The translations under genes and the position numbers were made by a program. Source: Pseudobacteriovorax sp. (GTDB taxonomy: Bacteria; Bdellovibrionota_B; Oligoflexia; Oligoflexales; Oligoflexaceae). Taken from it: 61,522 nt of DNA. Position 1 is the first letter of the stretch. Every line of letters starts with the position of its first letter. The notes below the pieces were generated by a model. It had not been told where the DNA came from and ran no database searches. It saw only the letters and a list, made by a program, of their open reading frames with translations. This document shows, piece after piece, positions 48,270-58,699 of the stretch. The DNA lies in NCBI GenBank assembly GCA_050293845.1, contig JBNKNM010000003.1, positions 35,447 through 96,968 of the forward strand. The letters run 5' to 3'.

Positions 48270-48774
48270 TTTCGTACTAGCTATATCGGATTATTATAGA
48301 AACCTTTCCTTTCCCTTGCTCAAACCATAGCCTAGTAAATACATAATCATAGTAAGACACACGACATCGTAATAATACCCGAGCGCGTTTTTAACAGGTC
48401 GGGTCAATGGCCAATGATTTCCTTAAGAAATTCTCGGAAGCTTGGGAAAGATTCATTTGGTAGTTCCTTCCTAGGATAACAACCATTGCCATAAGCTATA
48501 GTCGCTTAGATACAGCAGGGATTGGCTGGCCACCATGCGAACCGATTATCGAATGCCATGATATTTGATGTACGATTAATCAATTGCCGATGGACGATAT
48601 ACCCCATAATGTAAAAGATAGAATTCATTAAAATGTTCCCCGTTCTACGTTCCGATATTTCGATTTGAAGCTGAATCACAGAGAGTTTTCTGAGACTAGG
48701 GTTTCTTTAAGCCATCTTGGGAGGCCGTGTATGTTAAGCAATAAAGATGGCCAATTAAAATGTTGGAGATTGCC

Positions 48775-50271
48775 ATGTTTAAACAAAAACCAGTTTATAA
48801 GGCGCAATACGAGAACTATATGGGAGGAGAATGGGTAGCCCCCGCCAAAGGTGAGTATTTCGATGCTATCTCACCTATTGATGGCAGCGTCCTTACAAAA
48901 GTACCAAGATCCACCAGCGAGGACATTGATATGGCTGTTAAAGCCGGCTGGAATGCTGCTCGCTCCTGGAGTCAGACGTCGGCAACAGAGCGCAGCAACC
49001 TGCTTTTTAAAATTGCTGATCGCATAGAAGAAAATTTGGAAAAACTCGCTATTGTAGAAACATGGGATAACGGTAAAGCAATTAGGGAGACCACAGCGGC
49101 AGATATTCCATTATCAATCGATCATTTTCGCTATTTTGGTAGTGTCATTCGAGCTGAGTCAGGCGAAATAAGCGATCTCGATACAAGCATGGTTTCTATG
49201 GAAATTCATGAGCCTTTGGGGGTGGTCGGCCAGATTATCCCTTGGAACTTCCCCATTCTTATGGCGACATGGAAACTGGCCCCAGCGTTAGCCGCCGGTA
49301 ACTGTGTCGTGTTAAAACCTGCAGAACAAACGCCTGTCTCAATTCTTTTTGTACTCGAAGCAATTGCCGATTTGTTACCACCTGGTGTCTTAAACGTCAT
49401 AAATGGATTTGGGCCGGAAGCTGGAAAACCATTGGCCTCGCATCCAGACATAAAAAAGGTTGCATTTACGGGCGAAACGACAACTGGGCGACTCATAATG
49501 CAATACGCGTCTGAAAACATCATTCCGGTAACTTTAGAACTAGGCGGCAAATCACCTAACATCTTTTTTGATAGTGTGATGGCAGAAGATGATAGTTTCC
49601 TTGATAAGGCTATCGAGGGGTTTGTCTTATTTGCTTTTAACCAGGGTGAAGTTTGCACCTGTCCATCGCGCGCTCTAATCCAGGAAAGCATATATGAAAA
49701 ATTTATGACAAAGTGCCTAAAGCGAGTTGAAGCGATTAAAATGGGTGATCCGCTCGATCCCAATACCATGATGGGGGCTCAAGCCTCCAAAGATCAATAT
49801 GACAAAATAATGAACTACATCGATGTTGGTAAGCAAGAGGGTGCGGAAGTCCTGATCGGCGGTGAAGCATATCCTAATTCAAAATATCCTAACGGTTTTT
49901 ATATCAAACCAACAGTATTCAAGGGTAACAATAAAATGCGTATTTTCCAGGAGGAGATATTTGGTCCGGTTGTGAGTGTGACAACATTTAAAGATGAAGC
50001 TGAGGCACTGGAAATTGCTAATGACACTTTATATGGATTGGGCGCAGGCGTTTGGACACGGGATGTTCATCAAATGCAAAAATTTGCCCGCGGAATCGAG
50101 GCAGGTAGAATCTGGTGTAATTGTTACCATGCTTATCCTGCACATGCCTCGTTTGGTGGTTACAAAAAATCCGGTATAGGACGGGAAACCCATAAAATGA
50201 TGCTGAATCATTATCGTCACACTAAAAATGTGTTGATGTCCTATGATAAAAATCCATTGGGATTTTTCTAA
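48775..50271 (+). CDS. aldB: NAD-dependent (acet)aldehyde dehydrogenase, AldB/ExaC type
   Basis: [60 protein letters not shown]; followed by DUF779. Confidence 0.92.
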   Translation: MFKQKPVYKAQYENYMGGEWVAPAKGEYFDAISPIDGSVLTKVPRSTSEDIDMAVKAGWNAARSWSQTSATERSNLLFKIADRIEENLEKLAIVETWDNGKAIRETTAADIPLSIDHFRYFGSVIRAESGEISDLDTSMVSMEIHEPLGVVGQIIPWNFPILMATWKLAPALAAGNCVVLKPAEQTPVSILFVLEAIADLLPPGVLNVINGFGPEAGKPLASHPDIKKVAFTGETTTGRLIMQYASENIIPVTLELGGKSPNIFFDSVMAEDDSFLDKAIEGFVLFAFNQGEVCTCPSRALIQESIYEKFMTKCLKRVEAIKMGDPLDPNTMMGAQASKDQYDKIMNYIDVGKQEGAEVLIGGEAYPNSKYPNGFYIKPTVFKGNNKMRIFQEEIFGPVVSVTTFKDEAEALEIANDTLYGLGAGVWTRDVHQMQKFARGIEAGRIWCNCYHAYPAHASFGGYKKSGIGRETHKMMLNHYRHTKNVLMSYDKNPLGFF

Positions 50272-50374
50272 CCGGCAATTCCTAACATGCTAGCAATTCA
50301 AGGCATGAGGGAAAATCTTGATTTGCTCGGAGGCGGTTATTTAATCGCCCCATTTCCGTCAACAGGAGCTTCTT

Positions 50375-50824
50375 ATGTATATTGAAAGGGTATCTGTTAC
50401 AGACAAAGCTAAAATAGTTATCGAACAACTGCGAGAAAAGCATGGGGAATTGATTTTTCATCAAAGCGGTGGCTGTTGCGACGGCTCGGCACCGATGTGC
50501 CTCGCCAAAGGGGATTTTTTAATTGGCGCGCGAGACCTTTGTCTGGGAGAAATCCATGGGTGCAATTTCTATATGGCTTCGGATCAGTTTGAATATTATA
50601 AGAATATGCATATAACCATCGATGTTTCGGAAGGCAGGGGGTCGAGTTTTTCCTTGGAAATTCCTTTAGGTATACGCTTTATGGTAGTTTCAAGGTTATT
50701 TATAAAAGTACGCCGCAATATACACCATTTCTATGGGGGCGGTGTTCATCCCAAGATTCCACCTTCACACCTTGTAAAGTGGTTCAAGGGAATATCCGCC
50801 AGAAGCTCTTTATTGAATTTCTAA
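50375..50824 (+). CDS. DUF779 family protein; last ~40 aa derived from an IS200 tnpA remnant
   Basis: FHQSGGCCDGSAPMC, GRGSSFSLE, VSRLF, then reads into the TnpA-like HPKIPPSHLVKWFKGISAR. Confidence 0.85.
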   Translation: MYIERVSVTDKAKIVIEQLREKHGELIFHQSGGCCDGSAPMCLAKGDFLIGARDLCLGEIHGCNFYMASDQFEYYKNMHITIDVSEGRGSSFSLEIPLGIRFMVVSRLFIKVRRNIHHFYGGGVHPKIPPSHLVKWFKGISARSSLLNF

Positions 50825-51008
50825 GCTTAAAGTCAAAGCTTGGGAAGGGCCATCTTTGGAATCCAAGCTATTATGTGGGAACAGTTGGTAATTTGTCCAA
50901 AGATGTTGTTTTGCGATACCTTCAGGACCAGAAAGTTCACTCACCAAGCTAATCGCTTGGATTGTGATGGAGCCTTATATCCACCATTTTAAAAAGGTGG
51001 GATTACGG
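50712..51008 (+). mobile_element. tnpA: IS200/IS605 tnpA 3' remnant with right-end hairpin
   Basis: HPKIPPS..VK..KGISAR, a frameshift near 50782, then KLGKGHLWNPSYYVGTVG...VLRYLQDQK* (stop 50952); downstream imperfect hairpin CCACC...GGTGG. Confidence 0.82.
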
Positions 51009-51034
51009 CTCATTGTTCTAAAAAGCGCCTTTAT

Positions 51035-52108
51035 TTAGAACTTAAATTTTAAATCTATTATGGTAGATTTAAAGTCTTGCCCGTCTTCAACGGCCAGTTT
51101 TTCGAATCTTTGGGATAAACCAATACCGGAGTTGTCGTCCAGCTTATAGGAGACAAGAATGCGCTCGCCCTTGCGGTCTGTACCACCACCGCCAAAGTCT
51201 CCGTCAGATAGGGCTCCTACTGTAGCGTCTTTTTCCAAGCTTGCTGTGGCAACGGTTACCTTTAGAGCCCCTGCTTTGATGCTGGCACCAGCTAAGTAGC
51301 CTGCTCCATCTTCATCGACTTCACCGTTATTGATGCTGTGAACGAAGCCAGTGACGCCCCATTGGGGGAGAGTAATCTCCAAGCCAAAGTCTTGAATAAT
51401 GTATTTATTGGTATAGTATGTAGATGTCACATTACCTTCGGTGTCGACTACTTTGCTGACAGAGTTATTGCCACTCTTACCATCAATCAAATCCTGTCCT
51501 TTGATGTAATTGTAGTTATAGACAGCGGCACCAAATTTCACAGCAAAACTGTCGGTACTATACGAACCGCCTACTTGTCCTGAATAAAGAATGCCATCCT
51601 TGCGGTCTCCACTTCTTTCGTCATACCAAAACTCACCAGCCTGGGCAAAATATTTCATGGCACCCATTTCACAGGAATACTTTAAGTTAACCCCTTCCAA
51701 GGTCACATCACTATCCCAAACCAGAGGTGATTTACCAGGTCTAAAAAAAGGGTTTTTAATCTTGCCTCCCGTGAGTTGCACGCCGTCCCGCAGATAATTG
51801 AAGTAAGCTAAGTCCAAGTTGAATTCTTTGGCTCCGAATCCACCATCAAAAGACTGATTGCGTGATGTTGCTTCACTGCCGGTGGCGATGCGAAACTCTA
51901 CCTGCAGCTGCTCGGTGACTTGAGATTTCGCGAAAAGACGCGCGCGCAGTCTCTGTCGACTACGGGATTCGCTCCCTTCTTTATCAATTTTTTCATGGCG
52001 CAAGCGAAAGTCACCACCAACTTTCACTTCGGCAGCCCCAGCACTCAAGGAGGAAAGTAGAGCACCAACAACCAGGGGATTTCGAATAATATTCATAATG
52101 GTCTCCAA
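51035..52108 (-). CDS. Putative porin (Porin_5-like)
   Basis: Signal peptide; GDFRLRHE, RQRLRARL, ATSRNQ, LDLAY, WDSD...EG; C-terminal DLKFKF. Confidence 0.82.
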   Translation of the reverse strand: METIMNIIRNPLVVGALLSSLSAGAAEVKVGGDFRLRHEKIDKEGSESRSRQRLRARLFAKSQVTEQLQVEFRIATGSEATSRNQSFDGGFGAKEFNLDLAYFNYLRDGVQLTGGKIKNPFFRPGKSPLVWDSDVTLEGVNLKYSCEMGAMKYFAQAGEFWYDERSGDRKDGILYSGQVGGSYSTDSFAVKFGAAVYNYNYIKGQDLIDGKSGNNSVSKVVDTEGNVTSTYYTNKYIIQDFGLEITLPQWGVTGFVHSINNGEVDEDGAGYLAGASIKAGALKVTVATASLEKDATVGALSDGDFGGGGTDRKGERILVSYKLDDNSGIGLSQRFEKLAVEDGQDFKSTIIDLKFKF

Positions 52109-52123
52109 ATATTGAAATTAATG

Positions 52124-53047
52124 CTAGTTACTTGCATTAGAGCTACTTGCTGAACTGCTTGCAGGATTCATGTAGGAAGAAACAGATTTACCTGCTTTGA
52201 TAGCTACTGTTCCGGCAATATCCTGGAGAAAGTCTACTTCGTCCATTTTCTCAAGAATGCGAGCATCCTTCAGCTCAACAGTCAAAACAGGAACTTTTTG
52301 ATCTTTCCACATATACCGTCCTAAGCTTCCTGGGAATGTGCCGAGGGATACCCACGGCAGCCATTTGAATTTGGGAGCACTGATCTGGGGTCCATCAAAA
52401 TCTAGTACTCCATAAGGAGTGTGGATAGCGACAACAAAGTCGGGCTTGAAATCATCGAGATGCTGAATGATACATTGCGTTTCTGGCTCAGAGCCAGCAT
52501 GGGGGCCAGGGTTTCGGCGTGGGTCCTTATTTTTTTTCTCATCCCAGTACTTGTGGGCCAATCGGTTCCAGTCGCGGGAGGGAAAGTTGCGATTTAAATC
52601 GACGCCATTGGTATTTGTTCTGGTTTTCAGGCGCCAACCGTCAGGGTTGGCGATAGGAATGATTCGCCAACTATTCCTGGCGTTGATATCAGAAAGGCGC
52701 TCCATCCAGCGTCGAGCGACGCTTCCCCCCTCGGACTCGTCCCCGTGAATGACTCCCATTACAAGAACTTTTTTTGCACTATGGGAACTAGACAGGGAGT
52801 CGAAATGAAAGATGGTCTCGCCATTAACACTTTTACAGGCATGGAATACTTCAACCTTCCTGCAGACTTGATTGACTTTAATGTCATTGTACTCGCCAGG
52901 TAGCGTTTTCAGAGACCGTCGGCATAACTGATCGACTGACGGGGAAATGGCTTTTGCACCTAGGGGGGTATAATAACTTTGGGCCGTAGATGATGCACAG
53001 AACATATAACAAGCCAGAAAAAAGATTAACCGCATTGAGTTCCTCAC
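52124..53047 (-). CDS. M14 zinc carboxypeptidase, MpaA-like murein peptide amidase, with signal peptide
   Basis: IHGDE, NPDG, NGVDLNRNFP, EPET, IHTP, TVEL. Confidence 0.85.
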   Translation of the reverse strand: MRNSMRLIFFLACYMFCASSTAQSYYTPLGAKAISPSVDQLCRRSLKTLPGEYNDIKVNQVCRKVEVFHACKSVNGETIFHFDSLSSSHSAKKVLVMGVIHGDESEGGSVARRWMERLSDINARNSWRIIPIANPDGWRLKTRTNTNGVDLNRNFPSRDWNRLAHKYWDEKKNKDPRRNPGPHAGSEPETQCIIQHLDDFKPDFVVAIHTPYGVLDFDGPQISAPKFKWLPWVSLGTFPGSLGRYMWKDQKVPVLTVELKDARILEKMDEVDFLQDIAGTVAIKAGKSVSSYMNPASSSASSSNASN

Positions 53048-53479
53048 TTAAATCTTGCTGAAACTCAGCATTCGAATAGATAGTTTATATCACCTACCAT
53101 ATTCAAGCTAAAGTTGGTTATCGCCATATTGGCAATGTCATAAAGTGTTGTCTATAGGCTTCCCAAAAAACTAAGGAATGAGCATATATCATTTGAAATT
53201 GCTAATGGAGCGAGAATAAATGGGAACCTATAAAAAATACAAATTTTTTGTCATCTTTCTAATTTTTTTTTGGAAAAAAATAATGCTTCGAATCAAGTTA
53301 AATAAGTCTATTTTAGCATGTTTAGGGGGATGGCGGGAGCCTATGCTATGAGCCTTTAATCCTGAAAGTTTGATCCAATTGGATGACAGGCCAACTCCCC
53401 CTACTAGACAGCTGCCAACAGTTCTTGCTAGATTTCAACGTCATTATCGAAGTTTAGTAAAACGAAATTGGAGTACCGG

Positions 53480-56400
53480 ATGAAGATCGATTCATTCACA
53501 ACCAAGCCGCTTTTAATTGGCATACTAGCTCTATCAGCTTGTCATAGCCATAAAGGCAATCGGGCCCCACAACCAACACCAACACCAACAGCAGAAGAAG
53601 AGACTGATGCCGTCAGCTCGCAGCCTGACCAAGTTGATTGGTTCTTTACCACCATACAGCTGTCATTACCGCCACTTCTTAGTGAAGATGCGATGGTTGG
53701 GGGAAAAGTCAACCCTGAACTAGCCGAGAAAGTTCGGCAAGAGCATGCTGAATTTAGGGAAAGGTTAGAGTATATCTCCCGCGATATTCGCATTCTCTAT
53801 GAGTATGAAATGGTTCTTAATGGCTTTGCACTGCTCGTTCCAGGGAAGTATGCTGATCGCTTGGATCAGCTAGTTACCAATGTGAATGGTGCCAGCTTTA
53901 AGCCGCGTCAAATTTCTAGAGTTAAGGCAGAAGAAAAAGAAAAAAAAGAAGATATCAGAACCCCTTGGGGCGACGTTGATTCGGCCGCTTTTATTAACGC
54001 TAAAGCTGTTCACGAACGTTATAATATAAAAGGCGAGGGTATTCGCGTTGGCGTCATCGATACTGGAATTGACTATACCCACAAAATGTTCGGTGGGGCG
54101 GGAACTCCAGACGCCTACGCTAGTAACGATCCCTCTGTTGTTGCTGATGACTTCCCCACTGCTAAGGTAGTAGGAGGGTATGACTTTGTAGGGCCGGACT
54201 TTGACGTCGGCAGCGAAAGCTTGGATAAGCAAACTCCTAATCCTGACCCTGATCCTCTGGACGAATCTGGCCATGGCACCCATGTTGCCGGTACCATTGC
54301 TGGATTAGGAGATGGCGTCAACACCTATGATGGCGTGGCTCCTCAAGCTCAGCTATTTGCTCTCAAAGTCTTTGGCATATCTGGATCTACCAGTGACTAT
54401 GTGGTGATTGCAGCCATGGAATATGCTGCCGATCCAGATAATAACTTAGAGCCATCCGATCGCCTTGATGTGGTCAATCTTAGCCTTGGTGGTGGTTTTG
54501 GAACTCCTTATAGTCTTTACGATACTGCTGTCAAAAATCTGACTGCAGGCGGGACCGTAGCTGTTATTTCAGCTGGTAATTCCGGTGACACCCCCTTTAT
54601 CGTTGGCTCACCTTCAACAGCACCTGAAGCGATTTCTGTAGCGGCTTCTGTGGATAAGATGGATCATAACTGGAAAGAGCCGGCTGGTGAGGTATTTTTT
54701 CCTTCAGAAGTGGAGAGTGGCGAACTTGTTAAGGTTGCCTACGGTTCTATCGGATCAAGCTATATTGGACATACTGCTAGGGGTAAGCTTGTTAGTATGG
54801 GCTTAGCCAGTGAAGCACCTAGTGCCGAACTGATCGAGCAGGTTACCGGCAATATCGCTTTGATTGAGCGTGGTGCTGTTGCTTTCTGTGTTAAAGCAGA
54901 AAATGCCGTTACTGCCGGTGCCGTTGGTTTTGTGGTCTATAACAGCATCAGCGATGCCCCCATTTCCATGAGCGGAGACTGCGAAATTGGTATTCCAGGG
55001 GTTATGATTGAGAAAGAAGTTGGGGAACGGATTATCGCTGCCATGGAAACTGGCGATGTTTCCTTTGTCTTTGATCCCGGACGTAGTATTGAATTTCCCG
55101 ATAGAATTGATAAAATTACTAGCTTTTCTTCTCGAGGACCACGTTCTATCGACGCTCTTCTGAAGCCTGAAATTTCAGCTCCTGGTCAAGCTATTGTTTC
55201 TGCAGCCATAGGATCGGGTGACCAGGGTGTGATGTTAAGCGGTACGTCCATGGCTGCACCCCATGTAGCTGGTGTTGCTGCTCTTATTCGGCAACAATTC
55301 CCTGATTCGACAACGAAAGACATTAAAAGCCGTATCATGAATGCTTCTAAACCCCTTGAAGTAGCTAAAGATGTTAGATACCCCTTAGCTAGGCAAGGTG
55401 CGGGGCGAGTCGATGTTCTTGAGGCTATAGAAAGCAGTGTTACCATTGTACCTCCTGCAATTTCTTTAGGGCATGTCAATGTTGTAAAAAAGCAATCTTT
55501 AGCTTTCAAATTTGAACTTACCAATACTACCGATGTTATTCGAAACTTTGATCTTGCGCCTGAAAATATATCGAGCGAATGGACCCTCGATATAGATAAA
55601 GAGCAACGCAGCATTACCCTTTCTGCGAATGAAACTGTCGTCGTACATGGTACAGCAACCATCGAGCCTAAGTTTAATGCTGACTCCGTAGCAGAGCTGG
55701 ATGGCTATATATTGGTCAAAGAAAGTGGTGTGGATGTCAACCGTCTTCCGATTTTCGGTGTTCGCCATCGCAATGCTGTACTAAAGGCAGATCATCTCAA
55801 GATTGCAGCTGCTTCCGCCAACGATGCTAATGGCGCAGCAGGGGAACTTCTGATCAGCAATGATGGGGAGGTACCAGGATTAGCTTTACCATTTAATGTG
55901 CTCTCTACTGACGAACGCCAAGAGAGTAATAATCCTGCTGCCGATCGCAGTAATTGTGACTTACAATCTGTAGGATATCGTTTGGTGGAAAGCTGGTCTA
56001 CAGGTACTAGGGTTAATTACCTTGAGTTTGCGTTTAAGCTATACGGACCTCTTACTAATTGGGGCTTCTGCCAGCCTACAGCGCTCCTCGATACTAATAA
56101 TGATGCGATTCCCGACTACGAAGTTTTTGGCGGCTTTACGAATAATTATACCAGTGACTTTGATATTCCTGTTGATAGCTTTTCCATTCTCGTTGATGCT
56201 ATCGAAATGAAAAGGATTCGTAAGGAATTCGACACATCTTACAATCCCGCTGCGACATTAGATTTCGGCGATGCGATCAAGGATTTACAACCCTTTGATA
56301 CCTTCGCATTTTCAACTTTAGCCATTATTAGATTGGATTTGGCTGCGTTGCCTGAAGATTTGCGTGAAGCCAAGGTCATGGCTGGTGTCCTTGATTTTAG

Positions 56401-56647
56401 GGGAGGCTCTAAAAACAATGATTTTATCTCGGAATACCAACCGATATTCTCAGATCCTTTTGAAGCTTCGTTCTTCGATTTTAGCAGTACCATTGAGGTG
56501 GGACCCTTAGATTACGAAACAACCAGGCTGACTAAGGGGATTGGTGATGAAGACTTGATTATTTATTACCCCCAAAATGCTGCTAATCTCTCTGTGAATC
56601 AGAATGATCGGCAAAGTGAAATTGTACAGCCCAGCTATACATTTTAA
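53480..56647 (+). CDS. S8 subtilisin-like serine protease lipoprotein (Vpr-like, PA domain)
   Basis: Lipobox LSAC; IDTGIDY, GHGTHVAG, SAGN, GTSMAAPHVAG; PA domain IALIERG..F..KA..A. Confidence 0.93.
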   Translation: MKIDSFTTKPLLIGILALSACHSHKGNRAPQPTPTPTAEEETDAVSSQPDQVDWFFTTIQLSLPPLLSEDAMVGGKVNPELAEKVRQEHAEFRERLEYISRDIRILYEYEMVLNGFALLVPGKYADRLDQLVTNVNGASFKPRQISRVKAEEKEKKEDIRTPWGDVDSAAFINAKAVHERYNIKGEGIRVGVIDTGIDYTHKMFGGAGTPDAYASNDPSVVADDFPTAKVVGGYDFVGPDFDVGSESLDKQTPNPDPDPLDESGHGTHVAGTIAGLGDGVNTYDGVAPQAQLFALKVFGISGSTSDYVVIAAMEYAADPDNNLEPSDRLDVVNLSLGGGFGTPYSLYDTAVKNLTAGGTVAVISAGNSGDTPFIVGSPSTAPEAISVAASVDKMDHNWKEPAGEVFFPSEVESGELVKVAYGSIGSSYIGHTARGKLVSMGLASEAPSAELIEQVTGNIALIERGAVAFCVKAENAVTAGAVGFVVYNSISDAPISMSGDCEIGIPGVMIEKEVGERIIAAMETGDVSFVFDPGRSIEFPDRIDKITSFSSRGPRSIDALLKPEISAPGQAIVSAAIGSGDQGVMLSGTSMAAPHVAGVAALIRQQFPDSTTKDIKSRIMNASKPLEVAKDVRYPLARQGAGRVDVLEAIESSVTIVPPAISLGHVNVVKKQSLAFKFELTNTTDVIRNFDLAPENISSEWTLDIDKEQRSITLSANETVVVHGTATIEPKFNADSVAELDGYILVKESGVDVNRLPIFGVRHRNAVLKADHLKIAAASANDANGAAGELLISNDGEVPGLALPFNVLSTDERQESNNPAADRSNCDLQSVGYRLVESWSTGTRVNYLEFAFKLYGPLTNWGFCQPTALLDTNNDAIPDYEVFGGFTNNYTSDFDIPVDSFSILVDAIEMKRIRKEFDTSYNPAATLDFGDAIKDLQPFDTFAFSTLAIIRLDLAALPEDLREAKVMAGVLDFRGGSKNNDFISEYQPIFSDPFEASFFDFSSTIEVGPLDYETTRLTKGIGDEDLIIYYPQNAANLSVNQNDRQSEIVQPSYTF

Positions 56648-56653
56648 GTATAA

Positions 56654-56683
56654 GGTACACCGCCCGCTTTAAGGCGGTGTACC
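56654..56683. terminator. Stem-loop between convergent genes (probable terminator)
   Basis: GGTACACCGCC-N8-GGCGGTGTACC, perfect 11-bp stem; no clear U-tract. Confidence 0.6.
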
Positions 56684-56700
56684 CTCTCTCTATGTTCTAC

Positions 56701-57657
56701 TTACTTTTTTGCCTCTAACTTCTTAGATATAGCTTTCTCATCGACTTCTTGCTGCTTCGCCTTTGTGTAACCGCAAGCATTACCTGGATTTTGTTTGATT
56801 TTGCCAGCATCTTTAACGCAGATTAAGGATGATTCACTAGCAGTTTTTATGCTGGAGACTCTGTCAAGGACGGTGAATGCCTGGCCGGTAAGAGTCTCAT
56901 CTTTATCACCATCAGTTTTACAAAGCATTGAAATAGCGTACATCAGCTGACTACAGGCTGCTTTACCACCGGCAAATTTCAATGATTCTCGGTGCATCTC
57001 GATTGATTTATCGATGTCTCCCGAAAATCCAAAAAACCATCGGAGTAAAAACACATCGGGCACAACACGATAAAAGATACCTAAGGCATAGCGCACCAAG
57101 CCTTGTAACGAATAGCCATCCTCAAATATATATTCTTGCTCAGAAGTATAAACGGCATTCCAAAGGTCTAGTATTCGTTCGCCTTTGCTCAAGGAAGCGA
57201 TAACTCCATCGATAGTAGCTATCTTTCCGAGGGCTGCTCCAAGAAAAAATTTACAGAGAGCCAGGTCCTTTTTAAATTTAAGGCACTTTTCACTCTCGTT
57301 CTGAGCTTTGACCAATAATTTTCGTACTTTTTGGGTAGATTTTTCATCATCAGCTGCTAGAGTTTCTCCCATTTCCATCAAAGTATTGGCAAGAAGCCAG
57401 TGACCATCCGGCCAGTTAGGGTTTTTAGCCACTACAGGGTCCAGCACCGCGAGCCGCGCTTCAATGTTTTCCTGAGTCATACCATGGGCTTTGTGCTGTT
57501 CTGTTAGCACCCTCCATTGCTGGTGGGCTTTGGTGTCTTTTTGAAGCGGTCCCCAGTCAGGTTGGTAGATTATATAGTCCTTTGATATACCTGTTTGGCT
57601 AACTAACCCCAAAATAAGGGTCAATAGGCACTTTTTGGTAATTTGTCGCAAACTCAT
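56701..57657 (-). CDS. Secreted TPR-like alpha-helical protein
   Basis: Signal peptide; TPR-like helices; LGIFYRVVP...GDIDKS. Confidence 0.65.
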   Translation of the reverse strand: MSLRQITKKCLLTLILGLVSQTGISKDYIIYQPDWGPLQKDTKAHQQWRVLTEQHKAHGMTQENIEARLAVLDPVVAKNPNWPDGHWLLANTLMEMGETLAADDEKSTQKVRKLLVKAQNESEKCLKFKKDLALCKFFLGAALGKIATIDGVIASLSKGERILDLWNAVYTSEQEYIFEDGYSLQGLVRYALGIFYRVVPDVFLLRWFFGFSGDIDKSIEMHRESLKFAGGKAACSQLMYAISMLCKTDGDKDETLTGQAFTVLDRVSSIKTASESSLICVKDAGKIKQNPGNACGYTKAKQQEVDEKAISKKLEAKK

Positions 57658-57927
57658 TTTTAGTTCTCCATTCGAGACTTTGTGGTGATAAGGGATTCGG
57701 ATGTAACGGGGTTTTATAAAATTTATTTGGAAAATATTCTAAAAATATATAGTAAATATCTCAAGTTATTGATTTTGAAATTGTGGTGATTATAAATCGA
57801 TGAACTGCCTTCTTCAGGTGAGGTCCTGTTAGCCGTCTTTTAGGCAGGATTTTCATTGCAATTACCAAGATATTCGTATATTTACCATCCGTTGACTTAG
57901 AATCGTATCCGTATCAAGAGGTATTAA

Positions 57928-58539
57928 ATGGCTCGATACAGAGGCCCCCGCCTAAGAATTATGCGGGCATTGGGAGTACAACTCCCCGGACTTTCTCGTA
58001 AACAATGGGATGAGAGGAAGGCCTACCCACCAGGAATGCACCATGGACGTCATCGCAAAAAGCTAAGCGTTTTCGGTACTCAGCTCATGGAAAAGCAAAA
58101 ATTACGCTTTAACTATGGACTTGGGGAAAGACAACTACGTCGATTTGTTGATATGTCTTTCCAAAAACGTGGTAATCCTGGTGAGAACTTGCTTCAGTTC
58201 TTAGAGCGTCGTCTTGATAACGCCGTGTTTCGTGCTGGCTTTGCGCCAACAATCCCCGCTGCTCGTCAGTTGATTGTTCACGGACACATCCGCGTAAACG
58301 GCAAACGAGTGAATAAACCAGCTTTTTTAATCAAGCAAGGACATGATATTGCCCTTTCTGAGAAAGCTCAAAAATTTGCTCACGTGGAAGCATCCCTACA
58401 GAATCCATCGATTGTGAGACCAGCTTGGTTGGGTGTGAATGATAACGCTAAATCGGCAAGTGTTGTAGCACTGCCAGATCGCGACTCGGTACCATTCCCT
58501 ATCGAGATCAACCACATTGTGGAATTCTACTCGAAATAA
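57928..58539 (+). CDS. rpsD: 30S ribosomal protein S4 (stand-alone, cysteine-free)
   Basis: MARYRGP, PPG.H, QLMEKQKLR..YG, LERRLDNAVFR, ARQLIVHGHI.VNG, IVEFYS. Confidence 0.97.
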   Translation: MARYRGPRLRIMRALGVQLPGLSRKQWDERKAYPPGMHHGRHRKKLSVFGTQLMEKQKLRFNYGLGERQLRRFVDMSFQKRGNPGENLLQFLERRLDNAVFRAGFAPTIPAARQLIVHGHIRVNGKRVNKPAFLIKQGHDIALSEKAQKFAHVEASLQNPSIVRPAWLGVNDNAKSASVVALPDRDSVPFPIEINHIVEFYSK

Positions 58540-58633
58540 TATGCTGTTATGGTATATTTATTTCGATCAGTTATCTGGTAGCTGTGGCAGACTTGTGTCA
58601 AGTCTGCTTAAGTTGCTAAAATAACTACCGAAG

Positions 58634-58678
58634 AACCTTCTGGGCGTCTTTAAGACGAATCCAGGAGGTTTTTTTTTC
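58634..58678 (+). terminator. Intrinsic terminator downstream of rpsD
   Basis: AACCTTCTGG..CGTCTT/AAGACG..CCAGGAGGTT followed by a long T-tract; additional hairpin GCAGACTTG-TGT-CAAGTCTGC at 58586-58606. Confidence 0.7.
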
Positions 58679-58699
58679 TAAAAATGGTATGTCAATAAT

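Noticed and set aside
53567..53592. CCAACA tandem repeat in the S8 protease as a contingency locus
   Set aside because: It is an in-frame hexamer encoding an ordinary Pro-Thr linker after the lipobox.
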